Below, piece after piece: positions 25,201 through 37,309 of a stretch of DNA of 64,000 nucleotides. The position numbers and the translations under genes were made by a program. The notes beneath the pieces were generated by a model, which was not told the DNA's origin, did not search any database, and was given only the letters and a program-made list of their open reading frames with translations. The DNA is from Raillietiella orientalis (lineage: Eukaryota). The DNA lies in the NCBI GenBank assembly GCA_036172245.1, contig JAYWIR010000007.1:1612001-1676000 (forward strand). Direction: 5' to 3'. Position 1 is the first letter of the stretch. The number at the start of each line of letters is the position of its first letter.

Positions 25201-26936
25201 AACAGCACCCTACCTATCCCTTTCCTTTCACCTTCCCCTCCCCCCTCTCCCTGAGCTCCCGCTTACCCTCCTCCCCAGCGCATCGATCTTGGCGAAACGA
25301 TGGATGTTTCCAGGAACACGTTGCCACGGTGACGCGGAGGCCCTCTCCCCTCTCTCCTCCTGCCGGGGAATTCCCGTTCCTTCTTTCCCTCCTTACGACC
25401 TCCTCCTCCTCTTCCCCTCTTGGCATCCCTTCCAGGATCCTCCTCCATGAAGGAAGAGGCGCACCACCGGCCCTTTCCGTCTTCTTCGTCCGTCGCGCGG
25501 CAGCGGCGTCCATGCCCCCAAGGATGCGGGACGCTCTCCCTCGTAGGGCTTTGCTCCCGCTTGCTTCGCGGGAGTGAGGAGGCGGCGACGCGCACCCACC
25601 GCGTTCACACTCGCCGCAGAGACCGCTGGAATGGACGGCGTCCGTGGCAATGGGAGCCGGAAAGAAGGAGGAGCTGGAAGCGCCTTCCCTGTTGACTGAA
25701 CTCGGAGCCACGTCCCGAACTCTCACGCCTTCATTCCACCGTGCGCCGCCGCAGAGAACGCCCTCTGGCGAACTTCCCCCTCCCTCTTCACTTCGCATTG
25801 GCGGACACTTCGCCTACAGACGTTCCGTAGGGGACCAGCGAAAGACACTGCGGATATTTTGTCTCCCCCTCTCGGTGCCGCGCGGCTGGCTTCTCCCCTT
25901 CTCTTTTTCTCCATGGATTTGCAAGACTCTGAGGCCAGCCGGTCGCACTTAACGCAGGTCCCTCCCTCGCCTCCACCTCGGTGGCTCGGTGGCTCCCCTT
26001 CGCGAATCCCCCGGAGTCTGCTTTGACCGTCTGCCGCATCCGCAGGAACGAGCGCGCTCCGGCTCGTTACCCGGAAGCAGACTCGGCAGTTTTCCCGGTT
26101 CTTCTCCCGTTGATCGAATTCTTCTTGAAGAAGGGGTCAGGGGCTCAGGGGTGACAACTCGGTCATCCGCGAACTGCCTTCGTCACTTCCGAGGGCAATC
26201 GCATGAAAGAGGAGATGCCGGGATGTGGAGGGGGAAAGAACGGCTCGTGCATGCTTAGACTGCTGCCACGATCTTTCTTGCTGCGGTTCACGCGACCCGC
26301 ACACGACCGAGCTGAGGACCAGAGCGAGCTCGGCGACTGCCGCCAGCTCCAGCAGAGCACACGGATACGCGCGCAGATTGGTGAGCTCTGCCGCTGTCAC
26401 CGGAATGGGCGGCACAGGGTGGCTACCAGGAGATGACAGAACGGGGTCCATGAAAGGCTGTGAGGCTCCTGAAGGTAGCGCGCGCCCCTGAAGGACGAAA
26501 CGTGAACTGTGAAGCGCGCGGGCAAGCCTCTGACTGATAGCGGAAGCACGCCATCGTCCCAGCGGCTACCGCTCCCTCTTTACCCTCAACTTCCCAGCGC
26601 TCCTCCTCTCCGGGAAGAGCGAGCAGCTCTCCTCCGGTGAACGGGATGAGCCGCCGCTTCGCCTCCCGTGAGGAAATTCGTCTCCATAGGAACGAGGGCT
26701 GCACACTCCCCCCCCCCCCGCTTCCTCCGGATCCATCTGGCGGATTGGACCCAAGTGGAGGCTGGAGGAAAGAACGTACTCACAGTGACGGCGGCGTTCT
26801 CCTTGCTTGTAAAGCCAGGAGGGAAGATGAGGAGAGGACCCCATCCCTCCCTCCTCCCTGCTCACCAGATGGCAATCCTTTTTCATAAAAGGCCAGTAGC
26901 GATCTCACGGAGTGATCGCCGCTGTTGGCACGGGAT

Positions 26937-28765
26937 GATTATCACCCAGCTGCCGAGGCATTTGTTGCATAGGATATTAAAAAATACATTGGTGGTTTTA
27001 CCACATCAATGTATGAACCCTTGGTTCTACCACATGCAATGAACCTGCCGAGGAGCGTCGTCACGCAGACAAAAGGGGTCCTCTCCGGCAGCGTGGGGGA
27101 AGGAAAACAAAAACAAAAAGATAAACAAACAAAACGAGGGGGACAGGAGTTTCACACGGAACCGAGGAAGAAATCACGGTACGCTGCCAGGCGTCCTCTG
27201 CATCCTGCTCAGGATGCCCACAACTTCCATCTGTGTCTCGCCCAGGTGAGACCATCTCGAGGCGGTCTTCAGGAAGATCAGCGCTCGGTGGGTGGCGTCC
27301 CTGCCATTTCGGCCTCTTCTTCTGGCGTCCCAGGACGCGACGATTCTGCGAAGGCAGCGGGCGACTGCGGGCGGCAGAGCGGCACGCGCGAACAGGCATC
27401 GAAAAATGTCTCTGGGACCGCCCGCCGGGGTTCCTGGGGTCGTCGGGAGGCGACCCCAAAGGACTCGGAAGGCAGCGCAGTCCAACAGCAGGTGCGGGAG
27501 GGTCTCCTTCTTCCCGCAACTGTCGTAATTATCGCCCACACTCCCCGTGTCCAGTGGCGAAGGCTCTCTTGGCACGGGATTCCCCATGCAACACCAGAAA
27601 CTCCAACTCCCGCCACTCGAAGAGGAGGGCGCTACGGTTCCAGCACTCTGGGAGCCACTTCACCTTCTCCGGAGGGATGTCGAGCAGCTCTCCTCAGCGT
27701 GCATCTCCGTGGGGTGGAACACGGGGGGTCGGAGCGTTCGTCACTTCCCGAGTTGTCCTTCCCCCAGAAGTTTCTTCCTTGCAGCTATGCAGCACGTTCC
27801 TTCCCACCTTCCTGGGATTACGCTGTCCCTTGTGCCCTTAGGGACGGAGGGGTAGACGAGGCCCACCGAGTCTTCTGCGGGCTGCTGACGGACGGTCTCC
27901 TCCAGCGACTTGTGAGCATTGACGCCCCATTGTACAGGTAGGTGTACCCCGCCTCGCTCGCGCCGGGGATCTTCCCTCGTGCGCCAACGAACTCCTGGAG
28001 CCAGGCAGTGCAGTTCACGGGGAGGCAGAAGATCCAGGTGTTCTCCTCTATGAGGGCAACCATCTGTAGGAATTGGCATCCGCAGCGTCTCAGCAATCTC
28101 TCGCAAGAGACGTGGAGGGATGCGAGTCCCTCGTAGCCGTTCGTGCTCTTCGCGAGCAGCCGTGTCGGTGTGCACCGGGGCTCGGTCCATCATCTCGCTG
28201 CGAAAGCGAGTCTTTTGAGATGGAACTGATGCTCCATCCTCGCCAGATTAAGGAGGCTGAGTCCGCCATCCTTACGCGGAGCACACAAGTCTTTGAGTCG
28301 GACTCTGGGTTCCCTCTGCCCCACAGGACTCAGGAGGTCCTCAGTCCTTCTCTTGACGTCAGGTGGGGCAGGGCAAACAAAAAGCAGCAGATGGAGAAAG
28401 GGGGCCGCAAACGAGTTCTACATTGTGGTCTGTTTCGGCAAGCAAAACGTGCCGTTCTGGAATGGGCCGAGTGCCATCTCTATCTTTTGGAAACCGTCGG
28501 ACGAGGCTTTTGCTGCTACGCAGAAGTCCCTCAACGGTACGCTAAGGTCCTTGATGTACCCGCTCGTGGGGATCCCCAAGCAGATTCAGTCCGACCGTCC
28601 GGCCCACGCCGCACAGACCGGCACCCAGGACGACTTCGTCCTGTTCGCCTCAAGGACTGCGCCCCGACTTGCAACTCGAAGCCCTCGAGTGCTGACTCCG
28701 GAGTGGTCATGAGGAGAAGCAGCAGATCGTCCGCATAGGTCAACACGGCAGGCGTTCCCGGGGCC
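26937..28765 (-). mobile_element. 5'-truncated L1/Tx1-like LINE (RT YADD motif through zf-RVT and 3' UTR), frameshifted
   Basis: TPAVLTYADDLLLLL at ~28760-28715, LGIPTSGY, CDSCGKKETLPHLLLDC-type zinc finger (here YDSCGKKETLPHLLLDC), KTASRWSHL, T-rich 3' UTR and a degenerate terminal hairpin. Confidence 0.85.
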
Positions 28766-28771
28766 TGGAGA

Positions 28772-28975
28772 GATTCTCACCCGGTTATGCCGGGGCATTT
28801 ATTTAGAAAATAAAAATACATTGAAACTTTCTCGCGGTGAACCCAAGGGCTCATCGCGTTACATCAACTTGTAGTTTGCCGGTTCAATGACCGCAGAGGT
28901 CCATCCACTGCGCAGGGGTAGGGAAAAACAAAAGAAAATAAAGAAACAAAAAAATTAAACGTGGGGAGGAAAGAA
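28772..28975 (-). mobile_element. LINE 3' UTR fragment with terminal hairpin
   Basis: Minus strand: T-rich tract ... aataaatgccccggcataaccgggtgagaatc. Confidence 0.7.
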
Positions 28976-29027
28976 GTCCGTAGGGGTGGGGAAGGAGGGG
29001 AAGGGATCACATTGCACGTGGAGCGGT

Positions 29028-30165
29028 CCTGTTATGCTGCGGCATTTATTACGTTAAGTAATAAAAGTGCATGTTTGTGGTCGAACCGCTGGTTCTACCA
29101 CACGCATTGAACCTGCAGTATAGCAGCACGCAGACCAACGAGGCCAACTCTAGTAGCGTAGGGGAAGGGGAAAAAAAAAACAAAAAAAATAAAGAAGCAA
29201 ATCAAGGAAAGGAAATTATACACGCGACCAAGGAAGGGATCACGCTATGTTGCCCGGAGACCTCTGCATCCTGTTTAGGATGGTGGGCAAGTTCCGTTCG
29301 CGAAGCGCCCAGGTGGAGCCATCTCGAGGCGGTCCTCAAGAAGATCCGCGCGAAGAGGCATTTGAAAATGTCGCTGGGGCCGCCCGCCGGGGATTCCTAG
29401 GATCGTCGTGAGGCGATCCCAATGGTGTTTAAGGTGATGGAAATCCTTCTGGGTTCTTCTGTTTCGCTGCTTCCAGCTTTCTTTTTTTCTTTCTTTTGGT
29501 TCATCAGGTGCTGGAGAACCGCTCCCCTCCGTAGGTGAGGAGTAGGGGGAGGCACGAAGCTCTTTGACACTGTCCACGTCACCCGAAGGAGCGTGCTTCT
29601 CTTCGGGTTAGCGGGTACCCAGGGAGGGGACCACCCTATGAATCCAGAAAGGCTCCGGAGGAAGGAGTCGTTTCCCCTTCAGCTTGGGAGGGAACCCGAA
29701 GGAACCTCTTCCTTGTACCCTCCGGAGGCCCCCTCAAAGGGGGAAGAACCCCGCATTTCTCCTCCGGAGGGAAACCGCAAGGGAATCGCCCCCTATTACT
29801 CCCCCGAAGAGGACGCCGAAGGGACGCTTCCAAATTTCCCTGAAGGGCGCTCCCCGAAGGAAGCAGCGCGCTCCTTACACTCTGGAGAGGTACCAACCAG
29901 CTCCGTGGTAAACGATGGAGGGCGGCCCCATTTTCACAATCGGTGGGGAACGGCTCCTTGATTCCTGGAAGGACCTCGGAGGGTCCACTTCCAAATCCTG
30001 GCCACTCGATAGGGCATCCGGTTCCCGACTTCCTACCATTGCCTCACTCGAATAGGCCAACCAGCGTCATCTTGCGGAAGGAACTCAAAACCCACGGCAC
30101 ACTTTCCGTTCTCGGCGTCAATCTTTCCCCCTGTGGGATTGGAACCCGCAACGCTCAGTGCTTTC
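29028..30165 (-). mobile_element. Composite element: tRNA-like head, monomer body, linker, short LINE tail
   Basis: Head GCGGGTTCCAATCCCAC at ~30149-30133; body as at 10890-11441; linker gtggacagtgtcaaagagcttcgtg; LINE tail (RTASRWLHL); 3' hairpins. Confidence 0.8.
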
Positions 30166-30179
30166 CATCGGATTGAGGC

Positions 30180-30800
30180 CTTATTTTACAAAACAACAAA
30201 CCATCCGGGAACAAAGTTTCCAGGCAAAGGGAAAAAAAGTTCGAGGGGAGGACTTCCCGACACGCAGGTCGGGTACACTGATAGTCCGGAATGGGAGAAA
30301 AGGGACAATAAATAAATATAAAAAGATGTAGAGAGGTAAGGGACAGGAGTCTTTGGCTTTGGCCGTTCCATCTTTTCAGAACCGGTGCTGAATGTCGGAG
30401 ATCTCCTTCCTGACTTCTTCGCTGATGTGAGGCCACCTTTCAGCCGTCCTCATGTTGCAAGCTGAAGTCCTGATGCAACTGATCGTTGCGATGGCCGCAC
30501 CTAGCGAGTGGTCTCTTCACATGAGGAAGCAGCTCATGGCGTCCATTGCAGTGTCCCCCTGGAGCAGGAGCTCTGAAGGCAGCCTCCGCCACAGTCCTTG
30601 GAGGGCACTGCAGTCGAAGAGCAGGTGCAGGAGTGATTCCACTGCTCCGCACCTTCCACAGTTCGGGAAGGCAACTCCCTTGGAAACGATATTCGCCCAC
30701 AGATTGCAATGGAAACCCCAATGCAGCAGCAGAGCACGTCCTTTCAACGTCCGGTGCCGAAACCGCAGCCATACGGCCATCAAAGCGGGACAACAATCCT
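30180..30800 (-). mobile_element. Decayed LINE ORF2 C-terminus (zf-RVT) and 3' UTR
   Basis: LLHWGFHCN...PNCGRCGAVESLLHLLFDCSALQGLW (CxxC-x8-H-x4-C). Confidence 0.8.
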
Positions 30801-31899
30801 TCTCCGGTAAAGGGGAGGGTGAGGGTAGAGGGGGGAGGGATAGGACGTCTGTGAGGCTCCGTCGATGAATTGGTCTGGAGTTCAACGGACTATCCAGAGT
30901 GGGACGTCGTTAGGAGAGGCGAGCCGCACGCTCAGCCAGAGGTGGTTGCAGCTCTTCTCTGGAACAGAAAAGAATAAACCGGAGTCAGACCTCGAGGAAG
31001 AACGGGATTTCGGCTCACAGGGGATCCAACCAAGGTTTCGAGGACGGAACCGGTCCGGCGAGGTGAGCAGAGAGGGATTCTCATCCCGTGAGAGTCCACG
31101 ATCTCTCGAGGAGCGACAGGCGTCTCACAAAGGGGAAGACCTCCCCTCTCGTGACCCACCTCACGTTCTCTTTGTCTTGCCAACTGAAGAAGTCCCGAGT
31201 TTCCAGAAAAGCTCTGCGCCCTCGTCGCTTAGCTCTAGCAACCCGGAGGTGGGTCCTTCGGCATCGGGGTGGAGCGACGGGAGGATCCGCGGAAAAGAGA
31301 GGCGAAGACGGCGGAAGATGCTGACGTCTCGAGAGTAACTAAGGGCGGCGGAGGAACCGGAGGCGTCCCAGAGTTCAGATGACGCGCTTCGTCCGGGCGG
31401 ATCACCGGAAGATCTCCTGCGATGGGTTGGCGGCACAGCCCCGGAGGTGAGGGGAGGAGGAGGGTCCCGACAAGATGGCCGTCCATTTGGGTTCGGGGGT
31501 GCAGGGTGAAGCAAGGCGGGTCCGGCCTAGACATCCGCCCCGCTTCCACGGTGTCCTAGGTGACCAAGAAGTCGTTTCCGCCGCCAGGAGCAGGAGCTCC
31601 CTCGAGCCGACAATATGGCAGCGTCCTAGAAAACCCAGGTCGCTTCCAGAGACGCGTCGAGCGCTTCTCGGTGGTAACGCTTCATTCTCGGGGGCTGACT
31701 TGACGGCGGGCGACCTGGAAGGACGCTTTCATCGTTGCCTGGCGACGCTGGAAGGGACGCGCGCCATTGTTGGCAGAACAAGCTTTCCGGCGCCCTGAGC
31801 TTTCCGGACGATGGTGTTGTGCGCGGATTCTGACGTGAGAGCTGCGAAGGAGCGAGGGCTGCTCGAGATGGAAAGCGAAAGAAAAGGTTGGCAGTTGCA

Positions 31900-32150
31900 G
31901 CTACGAACGCAGGTATTCCAAAATTCCACATCCTCTCTCTTACTTTCGGCCACTCTCGGTATTTATTTCATTAAGTTTTATTTTATTTTGTCTTTTCCTC
32001 TTCCCCTACCCTACTGAGGTGAACCTCCGGTCTGCGACCCGGCAGGTCCACTGTCACTCTGAGCACAATTGTGTGGTAGGACCACGTGTGTCCCACCACA
32101 GAAATGTGAGTTTATTGTCCATTTTAATAAACTCTCCGGCGTGACCGGGT
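31900..32150 (+). mobile_element. LINE 3' UTR fragment with both terminal hairpins
   Basis: T-rich tract, then gtggtaggac...gtcccaccac, then aataaactctccggcgtgaccgggt. Confidence 0.7.
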
Positions 32151-33149
32151 GGCAACTCTTACTTTCGGAAAAACATCCGGGGCGGCTGTTTTCTCTTGCC
32201 AGCCCTCGAGCGTTGGCTGAAGGCGCGCATCCCCTACGGGGGACTCAGGTGAGCTTCATGTCCTGTGACACGAGAGAGTAAGAAGGCAATCTCCGATGGC
32301 AAAACGCTGCGCGGAACGAGGTGACCGAAACGTGACACGGGTCGGACAGGAGAATGCGAAATCCAAGTAGAGCAATCTCTACTTGGGTTGGGGGCTCTCT
32401 ATGAGATGTTCTTGCAATTAGGAGAGAGAGGGGGGCAAGGTAAAAACAAAAAAAGAAAAAAGGGATCCGTCATCTGATCCTTCACGTCACCGCCTCCCCA
32501 GTGCGGGAATTACTCATGAGAATGATGAAAGATCCCACAAGCGAAGGGATTCCAAGGTACGCAGCTTCATTTCCGTGTATTCTCACTGGCTCTGATCTCG
32601 ACTAAGTTTCGCTCTCTTTTGAAATGCGTTGCCCCAATTGCTTGCCGCGTTTCGCTGCCAAAACGGCTGCATTCCTAACACCACAACAGCAAACCTTCCG
32701 ACGTTGCGTAGGTGGTCTTATCTCCCCGATTTGTCCTACCTGATAACTTTTTCTTCTTCCCCTCCTTCTTCCTCATTTCTGCTTTAGCTCCAGGATTCTA
32801 AGATCAATTTCAGCCATTCCTGAAACTATTCCTCTCCTGTAGGGAGCGCTCTAGAATAGCGTAGTCTCAGCCGCCATGTGAAATCCTACCACTGCACTGT
32901 GTACACTATACTCTCGGTTCCAGTGACCTTTAAACTACTGCCACCTACATGGAAAACATCTGTTGCAGTCTTCCGGTTCCATTGACGTTTGTCCTCTGTT
33001 GGCATCTCGGGAAAGCTGCATTTGGGCATCCGAGCCTTTTTTTTTCGTTTGCTCCGGAGACGTCCCTTCACCTCACTTAATCAGTCATCCGCCAATTGCC
33101 TCAGAAACAAGTTCGCCTGGTTTAAGAATGCCGACTGTAGAAGGATTAG

Positions 33150-33745
33150 TGAAGCTATGATATGGACCGCAAACGGGTGCTATCAGTCAGCTCGTTCGGT
33201 CATCATGAACTCGAGGACGTGCAAAGCCTGTACCAGAGCAAATGGGATGGGACTGATGAGATGGGCTGATGATGCAGCCAGCCATTACAAAAGATCCTCA
33301 ACAGGACATCGAAGACCTGTTGAGCTTGAACCGTTGAACCCCCCTAGATGCAACGCTGCCCTCCTTAGGGGAAGCCCTCGGCAGTGACATATAGGCGAGT
33401 CGGGGCGTTACCTGCAACGTTGCAGGGAAAGTGGAACTCCTTGGTAGATGGTCGACAAGTGCTTCCACTCAAACGACTGATCCGAATTGCAGAACAATTT
33501 GTGAAGCTTCTGCGAGGTGCTCCAATTGCCTGCGGTACTGACTGACGTGCTCCATCCCTCCCCTTAAAGTGGCAGGAATCGGAGTTATTGGCATTGCATT
33601 CGGGAATTCCATGCGACGCACTCCTGCACCATTAAACTAGGGAGAGTGTGGATGCAAGCTGTGACAGGTTTAGAAAAAGGGAGACCCTCCGGCACATATT
33701 CGTGGATTGTGTTGCCCTTCGACCCATAGGGAACGTTCTATGTAT
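33150..33745 (+). mobile_element. Decayed LINE ORF2 C-terminal fragment
   Basis: ccctccccttaaagtg is shared with ~38595; CDRFRKRETLRHIFVDCVALRP zinc-finger relic. Confidence 0.65.
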
Positions 33746-33769
33746 GGATCCCGGAGGCAGCTACAGGTG

Positions 33770-35445
33770 ATGATTCTCACCCGGTTATGCTGGAGCATTT
33801 ATTACGTTACGTGATAAAAATGTGGCCGAATCGTTGGTTCTACCACGCGCAATGAACCTGCCGAGGAGCGTCGTCACTCAGACAAAAGGGGTCCTCTCCG
33901 GCAGCGTGGGGGAAGGAAAACAAAAACAAAAAGATAAACAAACAAAAAGAGGGGGACAGGAGTTTCACACGGAACCGAGGAAGAAATCACGGTACGCTGC
34001 CAGGCGTCCTCTGCATCCTGCTCAGGATGCCCACAACTTCCATCTGTGTCTCGCCCAGGTGAGACCATCTCGAGGCGGTCTTCAGGAAGATCAGCGCTCG
34101 GTGGGTGGCGTCCCTGCCATTTCGGCCTCTTCTTCTGGCGTCCCAGGACGCGACGATTCTGCGAAGGCAGCGGGCGACTGCGGGCGGCAGAGCGGCACGC
34201 GCGAACAGGCATCGAAAAATGTCTCTGGGACCGCCCGCCGGGATTCCTGGGGTCGTCGGGAGGCGACCCCAAAGGACTCGGAAGGCAGCGCAGTCCAACA
34301 GCAGGTGCGGGAGGGTCTCCTTCTTCCCGCAACTGTCGTAATTATCGCCCACACTCCCCGTGTCCAGTGGCGAAGGCGCTCTTGGCACGGGATTCCCCAT
34401 GCAACACCAGAAACTCCAACTCCCGCCACTCGAAGAGGAGGGCGCTACGGTTCCAGCACTCTGGGAGCCACTTCACCTTCTCCGGAGGGATGTCGAGCAG
34501 CTCTCCTCAGCGTGCATCTCCGTGGGGTGGAACACGGGGGGTCGGAGCGTTCGTCACTTCCCGAGTTGTCCTTTCCCCCAGAAGTTTCTTCCTTGCAGCT
34601 ATGCAGCACGTTCCTTCTCACCTCACCGAGAGCCTCAGGTGATGATGGAAATCCCTTTGGGTTCTTTCCTGTTTTCGCTGCTTTCCTTTTTTTCTTTTTT
34701 TTGGTTCTCTGAGCACCTCAACTTCGCCTGCCGGCTCACGAAGCTCTTTGACACTGTCCACGCCGTGCGTGCAACTCTTCAAGTTAGAGGATACCCCGAG
34801 AGGGAATCACCCTATGAATCCAGCAAGGTTCTGGAGGAAGAAGCCCTTTCCTCTTACGCCTGGTAAGGGATATCCGAAGGGAAATCACCTCCACCCTGGT
34901 TGTCTTTGAAGGGGACCCCGAAGGGAGCCTCCTCTTTTTTATTATCTCCAGAGGGACTCCGAATGGGGGAAGAACTTCTCATTTCTTCTCCGAAGAGAAC
35001 CCCTGAAAAGATCCGCTCCTTCTTCCTCCCTCCGAAGAGAATCCCGGAGGGACGCTTCCGAATTTTCTCTGAAGGGCGCTTCTTGACACTCTGGAGAGAT
35101 GTCATTAATCCACCAGCTCCGCGGTACGAGATGGGGGCTCTCTCCCGGAAGGGGGGATATCTCCATTCTCACAACCGGAGGGGAACCCCGAGGAGAACAG
35201 CATTCTTCGATTCTGTTTCCTAGAAGGACCCCGGTGGGTCCACTTCCAAATCCCAGCTACCCATCGCAGGCTTCCGGTTTTGTCAGCTACCGGTACCGCA
35301 CCCGAATGCAAGCCAGCTAGCGTCATCTTGCGGGGTGGATTCGAAAACCCACCACGCACCCTCATTTCTCTGGCGTCGGTCCTTCCCCGGGTGGAGTTTA
35401 AACCCGCGACGTTTGGTGCCACGGGCAAAGACCACATGGCCTCCG
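33770..35445 (-). mobile_element. Composite element: tRNA-like head, monomer body, linker, ~850 bp LINE tail
   Basis: Head GTCGCGGGTTTAAACTCCAC near 35411-35392. The 3' ~1.2 kb is near-identical to the inverted copy at 44762-45968. Confidence 0.85.
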
Positions 35446-35449
35446 GCAC

Positions 35450-36000
35450 GGTCTCAAAGGAACGCAGACCGTTCATTTCCCTTCTCAGCATTCCCAGAGG
35501 AACTGCAGATCTTCCCGTGCCGGGTGAACCTCCCACGGGAGAGATCGCTCGCGGCGCAGTTTCTAAATCCCAAGTTCGCGGTGAGCAGAAAGCAGGCAGC
35601 TCTTTTTTTTTTTTTTTTTTCTTTTGCCAAGGCAGTTTGGGCGGAGGGCCCATTGTTGGAGCGAGAGAACCGCTCTCTGCAGTTTCCATGGTTGGCCATA
35701 ACGCCAAAAGCAGCCCAGTTGCGGCGCGCGTGACCTTGCGGAGGAGCATGCAAGGTCGTCGCTCACGCTTCCAGGTTCGGCACGCATCGATACGAGCTCG
35801 CTGCGGGTTGCATCGGGGGATCCAAAGAGGCTGCCGCTCGCTGCCCAGCCATCTGATCCATGGTAAAGGGCACGTTCGACTTGTAGGGAAAGCCCCAACA
35901 GTGTTCCGAGGATGGTGGGGAGGGAGCCCCCCTGGACAGGGAGGGCTTTTGGTAAGGGAGCGATGGAGGAGGACGTCGCTAGAGCCACAGCTCGCCGCCG
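35450..36000 (-). mobile_element. Decayed LINE RT N-terminal half (motifs 0-3)
   Basis: One frame reads KSPPCPGGLP (~KSPGPDGLP), RRPCMLL (~RPISLL), WDLETAPRAIS (~LDLEKAFDRIS) and MNGLRSF (~VNGxxSxxF), in the correct order. Confidence 0.5.
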
Positions 36001-36779
36001 TCCTACTCCGCCGCGTTGCCGTCCCCAACTGAGCCTCCGAAAAGCGGGTGACTGGGGGATCCCAGCGTTTCCCCCTTTCTGTCTGCTTCCCACAGATTTC
36101 CGAGGGAGACTCATCACCGGGGAGACCCTTCCGAGGGCCTGACCTGACCGGCTTGCTTCCTCATAATGGCCTTCTCCGGCTACCGAATGTGCTATCCGGG
36201 CCGCACGCGCTCGTCGGAGGCAACCCGGAACGCGGGTCACCGCAACTCCCGCTCCGTAGGGAGTGAGAAACTGCGAAGGGTTTCAGCGGACTGGCGGGCG
36301 GATCGATCTCGCCAACCACTTTATGCTCTCCCGGAAACTCCGATTAACATCATGAACTCATCGACAAGGATCACGTAATTAAATCTGCTCCCGCCATAAT
36401 TAAACCGGCCATCGGATAGGAAGAAATCTCCAGAGTCGACTGCGGCGATCCCGGTGATTACGATCCAACTCGTCCCTCCCCCCCTCCTCCCATCCTGTGA
36501 AGCGATGTGTGATTTACCGCCCGAATACTGCCAATTCCCTGATTCGAACGGAATTCCGGGCCTCAGGAAAGGACTCGAGGACGGAGCCAGGTACATAGCG
36601 ACCGGAAGAGGAAAGTTTTCTGCCCCGGAACCTGGCAACGCGAGATGAGGGACCCTCCCGAGAACCAAAAGTTGCCGTCTCTTCGGTGGACCCAACGATC
36701 TCCTGTGGTCCGGAAGCTGGAGGAGTTCGCCGAGCTCGGAGAAGCGCTCTCTTCCGTGGGAGGAAAGGGGGCCACGAAA

Positions 36780-37300
36780 CTCTTGAGTACCGTCCACGCC
36801 ACCCCAGAGTACGTGTCAGCTCTTCAAGATAGGTGGCAAAAACTGTAGGGACCGCTTTACGAATCCAGGAAGGAATTCTCCTCTATTACCCTTGGAAAGG
36901 AATTCCGAAGAGAAACTCTTCCTTACTCTTCCCGGAGGGAGAGGGGGCAGTCCTCATTTCTTCTCCGAAGGGGACCCGGACAGGATCCGCTTCCGGAATT
37001 TCTTCTCCGGAGTGAACTCGCAAGGGAACCGTTCCCTATTTTCCTCCGAAGAGAACCCCGGAGGGAAGCTTCCGAATTTTCTCTGAAGGGCGCTTCTTGA
37101 CACTCTAAAGAGGAACCAATCAACCAGCTCCGTGGTACTCGATGAGGGTCCCTTACCGAGAGAGGGGACGGCTCCATTTAAGCAACCGGTGGGGAACCCT
37201 GGAGGGAACCGACTCCTTGATTCCTCGAAGGACCCCAATCGGTCAACTTCCGATCCCGGCCAGTCAACGAGGGCATCCGGTTTCCGGTTTGTACTAGTGC
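36780..37300 (-). mobile_element. Headless copy of the monomer body and linker of the composite family
   Basis: aattttctctgaagggcgcttcttgacactct is shared with ~35060-35090; ~40-bp monomers; linker gtggacggtactcaagagtttcgtg. Confidence 0.75.
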
Positions 37301-37309
37301 CACATCTTT

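Noticed and set aside
27009..27941. ~300-aa ORF repeated three times (27.0, 33.8, 45.0 kb)
   Set aside because: It is the antisense frame of the duplicated LINE tail, so its conservation reflects recent copying.
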